DNA of 64,000 bases from Azolla caroliniana (lineage: Eukaryota; Plantae; Polypodiophyta), in assembly GCA_043228905.1 (NCBI GenBank), contig JBHGNT010000001.1:13826001-13890000 (forward strand), written 5' to 3'. Under the pieces are notes generated by a model. The model worked only from the letters and a program-made list of their open reading frames with translations. It had not been told where the DNA came from and searched no databases. This document shows positions 1 to 10,747 of the stretch, in pieces. Within the stretch, counting starts at the first letter, position 1; each line of letters begins with the position of its first letter. A program made the position numbers and the translations under genes.

Positions 1-600
1 CCACAATGCATATGGGAGAAGTCTCGGCCAATTTTCGACTCATCCATCGCATGGCCGCACTATCTCCTTGATGATCGGCCCATGTCTTTGTTCGACCTTC
101 CCGTTCACTTCCAGATTGTACGCCACCATGAGGGAAATCTTGACCCCTCGATGGTTCAATAGCTCCTTGGCTTCCTGTGCATCCAACTCCCCTCTGTCAG
201 CCACGATCTTCCTGACACATCCATACCGGAAGATTGCATCTTCGATTAGCAACCGACATACTACCGCAATTGTCTTGTTCGTTAAGGCTCGGCCCTCCAC
301 CTGGTTTGTTAGGTCCTCTCTCACAAGCACCAGGTACCACATCTGTCCCACCCCCATTGGCATCATCATTAAATCAACCATCCACTTGAAGTGAATGGTC
401 AGCGGGTAAGTCGGGTGCAGCTCATCGCGTTGTCGGATCACCGAATGCATTTGGCAGCTCTTGTATGTCGACACGAAATGATGGACTTCATTGTACATCC
501 TTGGTCACCAGTACCTCTCCTTCAGCTCCTCAAACCTTGCCCATGTTCCCCAATGTCCGAACCAAGGACTCTCGTGGAATTCCAACATCTGCACTGATAG
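1..600 (-). mobile_element. Ty3/Gypsy-type integrase fragment (HHCC zinc finger + rve core), truncated by the window edge
   Basis: The C-terminus of ORF 505-765 (FHESPWFGHWGTWARFEELKERYW) continues into ORF 40-498 (YNEVHHFVSTYKSCQ...WMVDL...REDLTNQVEGRAL...KIVADRGE...NGKVEQ). This is the His-x-His/Cys zinc-binding region followed by D-D-E-like core motifs. Confidence 0.8.
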
Positions 601-1295
601 GGTCTGAAGGAGTGAGCCCCATAAAGCAATATGTTCAGTGCCTTGGTTAGGAGCATAAATCCCAACCAACCATACAACTTGGCCAAGATAAGTGATTTCT
701 ATAACCAAAAACCGACCATAGGGATCATTATGCACATTTTTGAGGATAATATTTATCCCGTACAATCAATACCACACCCAAATAATCATCACTAAGATGT
801 GCAACATAGAATGATGAATATCCACACAAATAAATTGTGGATTCTACTAACTCATGATAGTTATGCTCAACTACATATAATATATCGGACCATTCTCTAC
901 TCAACAAAGCTTCCCATAATATATACTTCTTATTAGGAGAACATGCCCCTCTCACATTCCATGTCACCACTTTCATTGAATCAACAATGCCATGAAACTA
1001 GTCAAAGCATGTTATAATGAATGTTGCAAATGGATTTTCATCCACCACATCCTTAGGGACGTCTATCAAAACGTTTTGTTTATGTCCTCCCAACTAATGA
1101 AAACCTCAAGAATTCGATGAATGTACAACTGGTCCCAATGTCGAATTGAAATTGAAGGGGTAATCCCTTATCCCAAATTATCATTGCCAAGGAACTTTTT
1201 GAGGACCGTCCCTTGTTCCTAAAATTCCTTGCCAGGTAGTGTGCAAACTATTATGTTGCATATTCATTGATTTCCTGTTTGACTTGCCCTTTACA

Positions 1296-2017
1296 TGTCA
1301 TGGATGAATAATTGGAAGACAAGGAGATGGGGAAATTGATGAGATAGAGAGATGAGAAAGTTGATGACAATGAGTGAGAATATCTATTCCATGACTGGTG
1401 TTGATCTCCTTGATGTTAACAAGGGAGATCAACCTTTTTTATAGATGAAGTGATGCATGCTAAGTATGCTCATACTTGCATGCCAAGTCATACATACTAA
1501 GTCTTACATACTACCCTTTATACAAAGTGTAAACGTAAGTGTTTGCGGAAGCGTAAAACAGAGAACAACACACACAGAGACAGAGAGACAGAGAGAGCAG
1601 AACACAATTTCAAAATTATATCGAGACTCAGTATACACATTGAGCTAAGTAGCACTATTTATACAAGTCCTCTTGGGACTGACAGAAGTACCATGTACTT
1701 CAATGCTCACACACGCATCTGACACTTACTACGAGACTATAGCTACCTAGTAGTCTATCCTATACTAGGCTTCCGATTGGACTGCCGGTTACGGATTGCA
1801 CCCGGCCTCCACTGCTTGCCTGTTCGGTTGCTCACCATCATACCGATCCGTTTCGCCCGATCCGTCTCGCTTACCGGCTCCGACTTATTCAGCCGATCCG
1901 GCTCCGGTTGAGCTTGCCGCTCAACACAAAGGTTAAAGTCGAAAGCTTGCCTAGGATAAATAAATAAATATATATATACAATGACCTAAGTTCAAGTTCA
2001 AGTTGATGTTCATGACA
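1296..2017. mobile_element. Solo LTR with 5-bp TSD TTACA
   Basis: Termini TGTCATG...CATGACA. TTACA at 1291-1295 and 2018-2022. Confidence 0.85.
1528..1926 (-). mobile_element. Solo LTR nested in the previous solo LTR, TSD CAAAG; related to the LTRs of the Copia at 33888-43059
   Basis: TG...CA termini, with CAAAG at 1523-1527 and 1927-1931. The reverse complement begins TGTTGAGCGGCAAGCTCAAC versus TGTTGAGCGAGCAAGCTCAAC at 33888, and shares internal blocks (GACTACTAGGTA, GAGCATTGAAGTAC, GTATAAATAGTG). Confidence 0.88.
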
Positions 2018-2717
2018 TTACATGATGCCAATCATTATCAACAACATCAATACTACGCCTATCCAATGGCTTTTTCCCCTTATCTGTTAGCACCAAACTT
2101 TGATTTTCCATATCCATAGGTTCGGTTTCCTTATTCTTAGGGCCCAAACCTTGAAGTGAGTTGTCTTTATCACCTGCTCTAAAAGATGTTTCTTCATCCA
2201 TAACAACCACAATATCTGACATACCAACATCTCTCCCAGCTCCTTCCTTACCATTCCCTTCATTAGGAACCTTCAAAGTTGAAGGGCAATGACATTGGCA
2301 TTAGGCCATAAAGTGACCCATTCACGCATCCAAAACAATGGACTGCAAATGTCTCCCAATTCAATTTAAAATAAAAACTTCTCATACTAGGTGCGTTCGT
2401 ACACACCCGTCTTGGCCTCTTATGACTTGTATCCCATAACACACAAAATCTGCATTTATTTGTAGCATTTTCCTATGGAAATACCAGCATTATACCCATT
2501 TGACTCATCAACTGTGGTAAAAGTGGCTACAAAACACATCCTTACAATCCAATGTTACGCAAACAGGGTATTCTTGTTTCAGCAAAGCATGATAGTCCAC
2601 TACGAGGCACCATTGCATTACATGCACCAAACATTTATAAGAAAAACAAAAACTTTATCCAATAGATGTTCAAACCTTGTGGTCCTACATATATATTCTC
2701 AACACAATTCGGTGATA

Positions 2718-3250
2718 TGTTATACCCCTTCGTATAACACGGGGTCGGATACGCGCTTTTGCGACATCCAATCAAGGTATTATGGTCGGGGGATGGGAAA
2801 CGTTTGCGGGTTATACACGATAAACACAGATGTAACAAGGTAAGTTCATACAGAACTACACCTGATCAGATTGTAGTATGATCTTAACACAAGACCAAAG
2901 CCAGCTACAACCGACTGGTTAAGTGCAATACATAGTTTAAACAGAGTCGTTTAGAGCACAAACACTATGTATAAGCAAACAAATATTCTATTAAAATGAC
3001 TGACTCAATACAACCAATCAAATTTTGTACATGGCATCATGTCCCTTTTTATAGGGAGCATGATCGGTTACGTCAAGAATGTAAACCCACTACTACTTCC
3101 TCTAATTATTATACATACATTTCATTTCCTCCTTTCGATTTAAGTTCCTATTCAGCCCCACCCATCTTGGTTTCGACCCGCACTTGCCCCTACGACCCTT
3201 TTTGTTGGGCAACCTGACTAGCCAACAACACGATTGTGTTCAACCATTGT
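2718..3250. mobile_element. Possible LTR fragment interrupting the LINE ORF1
   Basis: LINE similarity stops abruptly at a TGTTATAC... terminus and the following sequence is non-coding. No matching end or TSD was found. Confidence 0.3.
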
Positions 3251-3252
3251 TT

Positions 3253-3256
<4 letters not shown>

Positions 3257-3316
<60 letters not shown>
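3257..3316. repeat. (CT)n microsatellite, ~30 units
   Basis: Direct reading. Confidence 0.98.
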
Positions 3317-3318
<2 letters not shown>

Positions 3319-5047
3319 TTCAAATTTTTTCAATAGCACTATTGGTGTTCAGCAAGGATGCCCACTCTCACCAACTCTATTTGGTCTATGCATTGATGAA
3401 TGAGAAGAAATGGTTGCCAAGTTTGTAAAGGAAGAATGTGTTGAAGAAGCAGCCATTGGGAATGTTGTCATTATGCTTTTGTTTTATGCAGATGATGTAG
3501 TGCTTTTTGCAAATACTTTAGGAGATGCACAAAAGCTTATGAAGGCTTTGGAAAAAAATTGCACTCATACTAAATTAAGTGTCAATAGCTCTAACACATA
3601 GATTATGCTTGTGAAGAGCCAAAAAAGAGATCAATCATGCATTATGTACAATAATAAGTCACTTGAATGTGTGGAAAGCTTCAAATATCTTGGCCTTGAA
3701 GTTCCTTCAAATCATAGATGGAATGAGTGTGCTACTCGCCACTGGGAGGCAGGAAAACGAGCATTTTATGCATTTGAGAACAGATGCAATGATGGAGTTA
3801 TTAAGTGTTGGGTCCTCAAGAAATACCTTTTCGACACTTTGGTGACACTAAAGCTTCTCTGTGGGCTGGAAGTATGGGGTGGTAGCATCCCTAAATCTAC
3901 TTGGAAAGAGTTTGAAAATGTCCAAAAACATTTTCTTACGAAGTTTCTACAAGTTAAGAAACAAACGCCCTACTCCTCCTTCTCCTTGAGATGGGATCAC
4001 TTCCCATTGAGATCTTGGCCATGGAAAGGGTTGTTGAATACATGCTTAAGGTTCAAAAAAGTCTCTCACATCGACTTCCTAGAATTGCATGGGAAACAAG
4101 CAAAAAGATCCAAAAGACGCATACAAGCAAAATTTTGTGTTCTAGTTGGATCCAAGATATGGAAAAATGGTTTGGTAGATGGGATGCAACACAATTGATT
4201 CATGATGTTGAATCACTAGATTCCCCTGTAAATGAGGCCTTTTTGCAACCAATGTATCATGACATGGGAGAAATGTGGAGGCTCACGCTTCACACATTAT
4301 ACCACACATGTTGCACGTTGTCGTGAAGATTTTCGGCAACGGTATGAAAATTGTGTGGAACAAACGAAATCAAGAAGGTGCAATGTGCACGTGTGAAAGG
4401 GATGAAGGCCACACGCGTATGCTAACATGTTGTAAATAGGACTGAAATGAGAATCGTAAAAGAAAAGCTAGATGTAAAGTTAAACATGTGCATGTGTGAT
4501 GTGTGCTCAAACATTTATAAATATAAAAATAAGACTAAAGCCTAGTAACATTTGAGTGCATACAAAAAAGGGATACAAACAAGGTTTGAACCTTGCACCT
4601 CCAAGATAGCAAACAAATTAACTTACCACTAAAGCAACTATTGAATGCTTTATGTTTTATACACTTTCTTTTCCTATTCACTATTCCATAGAAAACAAAT
4701 ACATAAAAAACCGTGTGCACAAAACCATGGTTTAGCCCATGGTTTTGGCATGGAGAGACATATAAAATCCTCTAGATGGGCTTGTGTTGTAAGGGGGGGA
4801 AGCTATGTATTGAATCAAGAAAACAATAATGAAATCTAGTTATCTTATTGGTGATGTATCTTGTCTCTCGAAATTGAAGTCAAGGGTTCAATGTGTCTCA
4901 GAATTGGAATCTCCCTCTTTCAATCTCTCTATCTATCTTAAATACTTTCTCACTTACACTAGTACAAACTTCGAATCTTTCCGGTCCAGGACCCCGGCGG
5001 TCCCACTTCATTTCGCGAACATGCGAGGATTTCTTCGACATCTTTCT

Positions 5048-5065
5048 TGGTGAACCCGATGCGAA
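5048..5065 (+). promoter_or_regulatory. Primer-binding site complementary to the tRNA-Trp 3' end
   Basis: TGGTGAACCCGATGCGAA, 7 nt after the LTR end, versus TGGTGAACCCGACGTGAA (reverse complement of the plant tRNA-Trp 3' end as recalled): 16/18 match. Confidence 0.7.
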
Positions 5066-5411
5066 GAAGCGGTAGGAAGGATCAAGACAAGGATCGACCG
5101 ATACTTGGAGATAGCATCCTCACGCAATCAAGCGGGAGAGTTCAAAATGATGATGGTACACGTGCACGTGTGATGTGTGCTCAAACATTTGTAAATATAA
5201 AAATAAGACTAAAGCCTAATAACAGTTGAGTGCATGCAGGGGGGTGCAAGCAAGGTTTGAACCTTGCACCTCCAAGATAAGAGACAAATTAACTTACCAC
5301 TAAAGCTATTACTGAATGTTGTAAATTTTATACATTTTCTTTTCACATTCAGTGTTCCATAGAAAACAAATACATAAAAAACTGTGTGCACAAAACCATG
5401 GTTTAGCCCAT

Positions 5412-6188
5412 AGTACGTAAAGTTCATGTTCGTCTACTATATCGTTCGTTTTCTTACGTTGGAAAACGAACACGAATGATATTAAAAAATTCGTGTGTTT
5501 TTTTTTTCCCTTTTCTTTTGGTATTTCCCTTCTTTTCCCCCTTTTTCCCCCCTTTTCCTCTGCACATCAACGCCACACTCTGCTCTCCCCCCCTTTTCCC
5601 TTGTTTCCTTCAACGACCTGTTGTTGGAACGATTTGTTGCTTGCATTGTACACCTTCTCCCGCCCATTACTTTCTGCATACCAACGATATTCAGGTATGC
5701 TAAGGGTTAATAATAGGATTTAAAGTTGTTGAATGTTTAGATCATAGTATGTACTCTATGTACAGAAATTTCTGTAATTTTTCACTAATTTTTGTAGTGT
5801 TTTTTGTAATTTTTGTAATTTTTGTAATTGTTTTGTATTTATGTGATTTCTGTATAATTTCTGTAATTTCTAAATAATTTCTGTAGTTTCTGTAAATTTG
5901 TTGTAATTTCATTATAATTGCAGTAATTTCTATACAATTTTTGTAATTTTTGTAATTTTGGTGTAATTTTATTGTAATTTTTGTAATTGTTTTGTAATTT
6001 TCTGTAATTTCTTCATAATTTATGTAATTTTTAAAGTTTTTACCTTGTATTTCTGAAAAAATATTTACCTTATAGTAAATAATTTAACCAAAAGTATGGT
6101 ATTTATCATTCTTCGAGGGTGTTTACCCTTCTCGAATGATTGAATCATTCTCGAACACGAATGCACAAATGGTACGCATAGTCATATT
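5412..6188. mobile_element. 777-bp non-coding insertion with a 14-bp flanking duplication and subterminal hairpins
   Basis: ATGGTTTAGCCCAT at 5398-5411 and 6189-6202, present once in the sister LTR (~4727-4740). Hairpins at 5444-5471 and 6105-6140. Internal TTTTGTAA-rich array at ~5765-6035. Confidence 0.75.
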
Positions 6189-6349
6189 ATGGTTTAGCCC
6201 ATGGTTTTGTCATGGAGAGACCAATAAATGCCTCTAGATGGGCTTGTGCAAGGGAGGGAAACTATGTATTGAATCAAGAAAACAATATTAAAATCTAGTT
6301 ATCTTATTGGTGATGTATCTTGAGTCTCAAAATTGACATCAAGGGTTCA

Positions 6350-6490
6350 ATCTCTCTCTCTCAATCTGTCTCAGAATTGGAATCTTCGTCTTTGAATCTC
6401 TCTCAATCTGTCTCAGAATTGGAATCATCGTCTTTGAATCTCTCTCAATCTGTCTCAGAATTGGAATCGTCGTCTTTGAATCTCTCTCTG
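6350..6490 (+). repeat. 39-bp tandem repeat (~3.5 copies) inside the LTR
   Basis: Unit TCTCTCTCAATCTGTCTCAGAATTGGAATCxTCGTCTTTGAA-like. Single copy in the other LTR (~4890-4930). Confidence 0.9.
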
Positions 6491-6695
6491 TCTATCTTAG
6501 ATACTTTCTCGCTTATGCTAGTACAAACTTTGAATCCTTCCGGTCCAAGACCCCGACGGTCCCGCTTCATTTTGCGAACATGCGAGGATGTCCTCGACAA
6601 CGTAACTACAAAACCATATTCTTCGAGGGACGGGGAAACCATACACATCAATACATGTTAGAGCACATCCCGTTATCTACCATTTGATCCATTGC

Positions 6696-9600
6696 TGTTG
6701 AGAATCAAGCTCAACTTGGTCTAGTGTGTGAACTCACCTTGAGAGTGAATAGACACTCCAACGGTCAAGAGTCACCATTATGTCACCTCTTTGTATTCTA
6801 GCATTTAGTATGAGTCATAGAATCATACTAAATGAAGGTCACTTCCGACATTCAAAGAGAAGGAGATTGAAGGTGTATGGGAAGCGTGCCAATTCGGCAA
6901 GCAACACTGACACCCATTCCCAAAAGAGCGGAACGTGAGCAAAGGTATATTCGACGTAGTCCATTCCGACGTATGGGGACCGGCGTAGACGGCTACATTC
7001 GGTGGATGCCAATATTACGTACTCTTCATCGACGACTTCTCTAGGCACACTTGGATCAACCCGATGCGGCAAAAGAGCAAAATTTCAAGAATGAAGTCGA
7101 GAAAGCCACGGGCCGACATGTATGATGCCTTCGATCGGATGGTGGCAAGGAGTACTTCTCGGACGATTTCACGGCGTATCTCCGAAAGGAAGGAATTCGG
7201 TGAGAATTCACTTGCCGACACACTCCGCAACAAAACGGAATAGCCGAGCGCAAAAATCGGCACATCTTCGAAGTGGCGCGGGCCATGATGAACGAGAAGC
7301 ATATGCCCAAGTCATATTGGCCGAAGCTGCAAATATGGCCATCTACCTAATGAACTGGTGCACAACATCTGGAGTGCACGAGGTCACTCCGCACGAAAAA
7401 AACTTCGGAAAGAAGCCGGACTTATCGCACACCCGGATATTCGGCGCGATAGCGTACTTGCACATCCCCGACGAGAAGCGTCAAATGCTTGACCCAAAGT
7501 CGGAGAAATGTATCCTCGTAGGATACTCACAAGAGCAAAAGGGGCACAAGTGCTACAACCCCTCAACTCAAAAATCTCGAGTAAGTCGAGACGTCGTTTT
7601 TTACGAGTTCGCATCCTGGTACGCACCAGAGACAACTCCAACTCCGCTCGACCCGGAATCTGCCGAACAAGAGATCGAGGATGAAGATCGCCTTATGCGC
7701 ATATTCGAAGAAATTCTGATCACGACCCGACTGAGCAGACCACAAGAGCCTTTGAGCGATCAAAGCACATCACGGCCTAGCCCGAAGTTGGACAAAGGCA
7801 AGGCAAAAATGTCGGAATACGAAGACAATCGCTTCGACAACGATGAGTCGACTCACTCACTCAATAGTGAGTTTGGCGGTTTCGAGGTACCAATCAGAGC
7901 TCAGAAAGCTCTCATCTCTGCAAATGAAAAGCTCGTAAAAACAACCACCCGTGAAAACAACCCTGTAAGCCAATTTGGCTACAACGATTATATGGTGTAC
8001 CATTATGCCTTTATGATGAAGGTAGCGACAGTACAAGAGCCGGAAACCCCTTCCGAAACTGCGAAAGACCTACGATGGATCGAAGCAATGAACGAGGAGA
8101 TGCAGGCACTATGGAAGAACGAGATGTAGGATCTCGTTATCACCTCACCACACAAAAAGGCGATTGGATGCAGATGGATTTACAAAGTGAAGTACAACGC
8201 CGACAGTTCCGTCAACCGCTACAAAGTGTGACTCGTAGCGAAAGGCTACGCACAAACGCACGGAGTTGACTACGAAGAGACCTTTGCCCCAGTGGCAAAG
8301 ATGACGACGGTACGAACCGTAATTGCGCTTGCCGCAGCGAAAGGGTGGCACCTCCATTAAATGGACGTCAAGAACGCCTTTCTATGAGACGAATTAGAAG
8401 ACGAGGTGTACATGATACAACCACCTGGCTTCAACTCGAGCACCCATCCGAAAGTTGTATGCCGACTCAAGAAGCCACTCTATGGCCTCAAGCAAGAACC
8501 ACGTGCTTGGCATTCGAAGATAACGCAATATCTTCATCAAATTAGCTTCCGTATGTCAAAATTGGACAACTCCCTCTACATACGAAGCGATTTCGCAAGT
8601 CTGATCGTCATCATCTTATATGTGGATGACCTAGTCATTGGAGGTGAACATCTCGTCGAAATCAATAAGGTCAAATCCCTCCTTTCTGACAAGTTCGAGA
8701 TGACGGACATGAAGGAGCTCCACTACTTCCTCGGCATAGAGGTAATTCGGACTCCAGCCAGAATCATGATCTCTCAACGGCAATACATCCTCAACTTGTT
8801 ATACAAGTTCGGGATGGTTGAGTGCAAATCTGCGGCAACCTCACTCGATCACAATCTCAAACTAGATGCGAACTCCGGCATCAAAGCATGTGAGCCGACC
8901 CAGTATCGGCAACTCATCGGGAGTCTCATCTACCTCACGATCACTCGACCCGATCTTAGTTATCCGGTCGGTCTCCTTAGTCAATTCATGCAAACACCAT
9001 GTGATACTCACTTGGATTGCGTTAAGCGAGTTCTACGATACGTGAGCGAAATAATGGATTGTGGCATCCTATACAAGACCGTGATGCCAATACGACTCGA
9101 GGGGTACACAGACGCCGATTGGGCCGGCTACAAAGCCGATAGAAGATCAACCTCCGGATTTTTTTTTTCCCTCGGTAGTGGAGCAATATCCTGGAGCAGC
9201 AAAAAGCAACCAACCGTCGCTCTTTCGAGCACAGAGGCGGAATATAAGAGCGCGGTAGGGGCCACATGTGAAGCCGTATGGTTCATAAGGATACTCAAGG
9301 ACCTGGGCGTACCCATCAAGGATCCGACTTCCCTTTATTGCGACAACATGAGCAGTATCTATCAGGCTCGGAACCCGGTGTTCCACCCGCGGACAAAGCA
9401 CATCGAAGTGTACTATCACTTCATCCGAGAGCGTGTTCTAGCTGGCGATGTCGACCTACAACACATTAGCACCAATCTTCAAACCGCCGACATCTTCACT
9501 AAAGCCTTAGGAGCCAACAAGCTGTGGATTGACGATCCCTGACCTGCCAAGCTTGAGGGGGAGTACTGAAGCAACTACGCAATAACGTGTGGATTCCGCA

Positions 9601-10251
9601 ACCGCGCAACGAAGCCGCGAAGAAAGACGCAAGCCGAAGCACAAACTTTGCAACTACGCAATAACGCGTGGATTCCGCAACCGCGCAATGAAGCCATGAA
9701 GAAAGATGCAAGCCAAAGCACAGACTCCGCAACTACGCATAATGCAAGCTGGAGCACGGATTCCACAACTCCGCATACATGCGAGTCGACGCAGACTCCG
9801 GAACGTGAGTCGAAGCGGATTTCGGATACCGTCTGAAACCGACCTGACTGGAGCTTGAGGGGGTGTGTTGAGAATCAAGCTCAACTTGGTCTAGTGTGTG
9901 AACTCACCTTAAGAGTGAATAGACACTCCAACGGTCAAGAGTCACCATTATGTCACCTCTTTGTATTCTAGCATTCAGTATGAGTCATAGAATCATATTC
10001 TATGACACATAACTTATGAGCTTTCACATTCCCCATGCTCCATGAGTCTTGTAGTTAATGAAGAGAGAGGGTGACTATATAAAGCACCCTTCTCCCACCT
10101 TGTATTGTGTTGAGTCTTTCTCCTTTGTTAATATAATCTACCTTGCGTATACTCTGTGTCTTACTCCTTGTGTCTCTCACTCTCTCTCTCTCTCATACAC
10201 ACACAGTTCACACCTATTCCGCTACACAAGAATCACACCCGATTCTTTACA
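6696..10251 (+). mobile_element. Ty1/Copia retrotransposon with gag-protease deleted; partial 5' LTR 6696-~6828, 3' LTR 9866-10251
   Basis: Both LTRs start TGTTGAGAATCAAGCTCAAC. Integrase (VHSDVWG, FIDDFSR, TPQQNGIAERKNR) precedes RT and RNase H (Copia order). PPT TTGAGGGGGTG lies before 9866, and a ~79-bp tandem repeat sits at 9570-9745. Confidence 0.92.
6830..9542 (+). pseudogene. Copia pol (integrase-RT-RNase H), frameshifted
   Basis: ORFs 7122-8129 and 8406-9542 contain LYGLKQ, LYVDDL, YTDADWAG, SSTEAEY and RTKHIEV. Confidence 0.92.
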
Positions 10252-10714
10252 CTTCCATTAGACTTAGCTCACATGCATTGCAATGTGAGACGGGTGTTGG
10301 GGCACAAGTAATGAGAGTGGTCGACTATGCACAAGTCTGAGAGTTTGAGTACACACTTTGATACAATGCTCTACCTTTGATCATATTCGACCATGCTTTC
10401 CACAAATATTCAACCAAGCCCAATCTTTGCAAGAATTTCTCTCACAACTACAATGTGCACTCTCGATTGCAACATTCATTGGTAAAGTTCTTGAACATCG
10501 AGACTTGCTATTCACTTTCACATGTATCATGTGAAATGTAATATTTTTGGTCTCATAGGTCATATTTGACCTTTGAAGACGATACTAGAATCTCTCTCTC
10601 TCTCTCTCTCGGAATTTTGTCCCCAGATGAGTTACATTTGTGTTGTTTTGTATTGCAACACCTTAGAAGGTTGCCCTTGCCACATCACTACTTTTGATAG
10701 CAAGGTTTTTTTGT

Positions 10715-10747
<33 letters not shown>

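Larger units (their letters stand above)
600..2717 (-). mobile_element. Degenerate L1-like LINE fragment: ORF1 (zinc knuckle) and the start of ORF2 (APE endonuclease), interrupted by nested solo LTRs
   Basis: ORF 728-976 starts MKVVTWNVRG (typical APE N-terminus) and 505-765 has DPYGRFLVIEI...VGIYAPN. A zinc-knuckle remnant (HCFGC..GH..C) lies at ~2295-2345. The ORF1 frame DNDWHHV|KGKSNRKSMNM is restored when 1296-2017 plus one TSD copy is removed. Confidence 0.75.
4319..6599 (+). mobile_element. Non-coding LTR element (TRIM-like or internally deleted): LTR 4319-5040, short internal region, second LTR ~5165-6599 (5'-truncated, carrying an insert); 4-bp TSD ACGT
   Basis: Termini TGTCG...CGACA, with ACGT at 4315-4318 and 6600-6603. 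The empty site is visible in LINE copy 2 (GTTGCACCTAACTAC at ~20003). The two LTR copies align over several hundred bp. Confidence 0.85.
3317..10592 (+). mobile_element. 5'-truncated RTE/RTEX-like LINE (copy 1), split into 3317-4318, 6600-6695 and 10252-10592 by two insertions
   Basis: RT motifs GVQQGCPLSPTLFGL and LLFYADDVVL, then FKYLG. The C-terminal SIRLSSHALQCETG...RLCT...YHTLIQC-like region and 3' UTR end in (TC)n. Colinear with copy 2 at 16257-20780. Contains stops and frameshifts. Confidence 0.8.

Noticed and set aside
5476-5723. Phe/Pro-rich or Lys/Gly-rich ORFs
   Set aside because: Translations of a pyrimidine-rich low-complexity tract.
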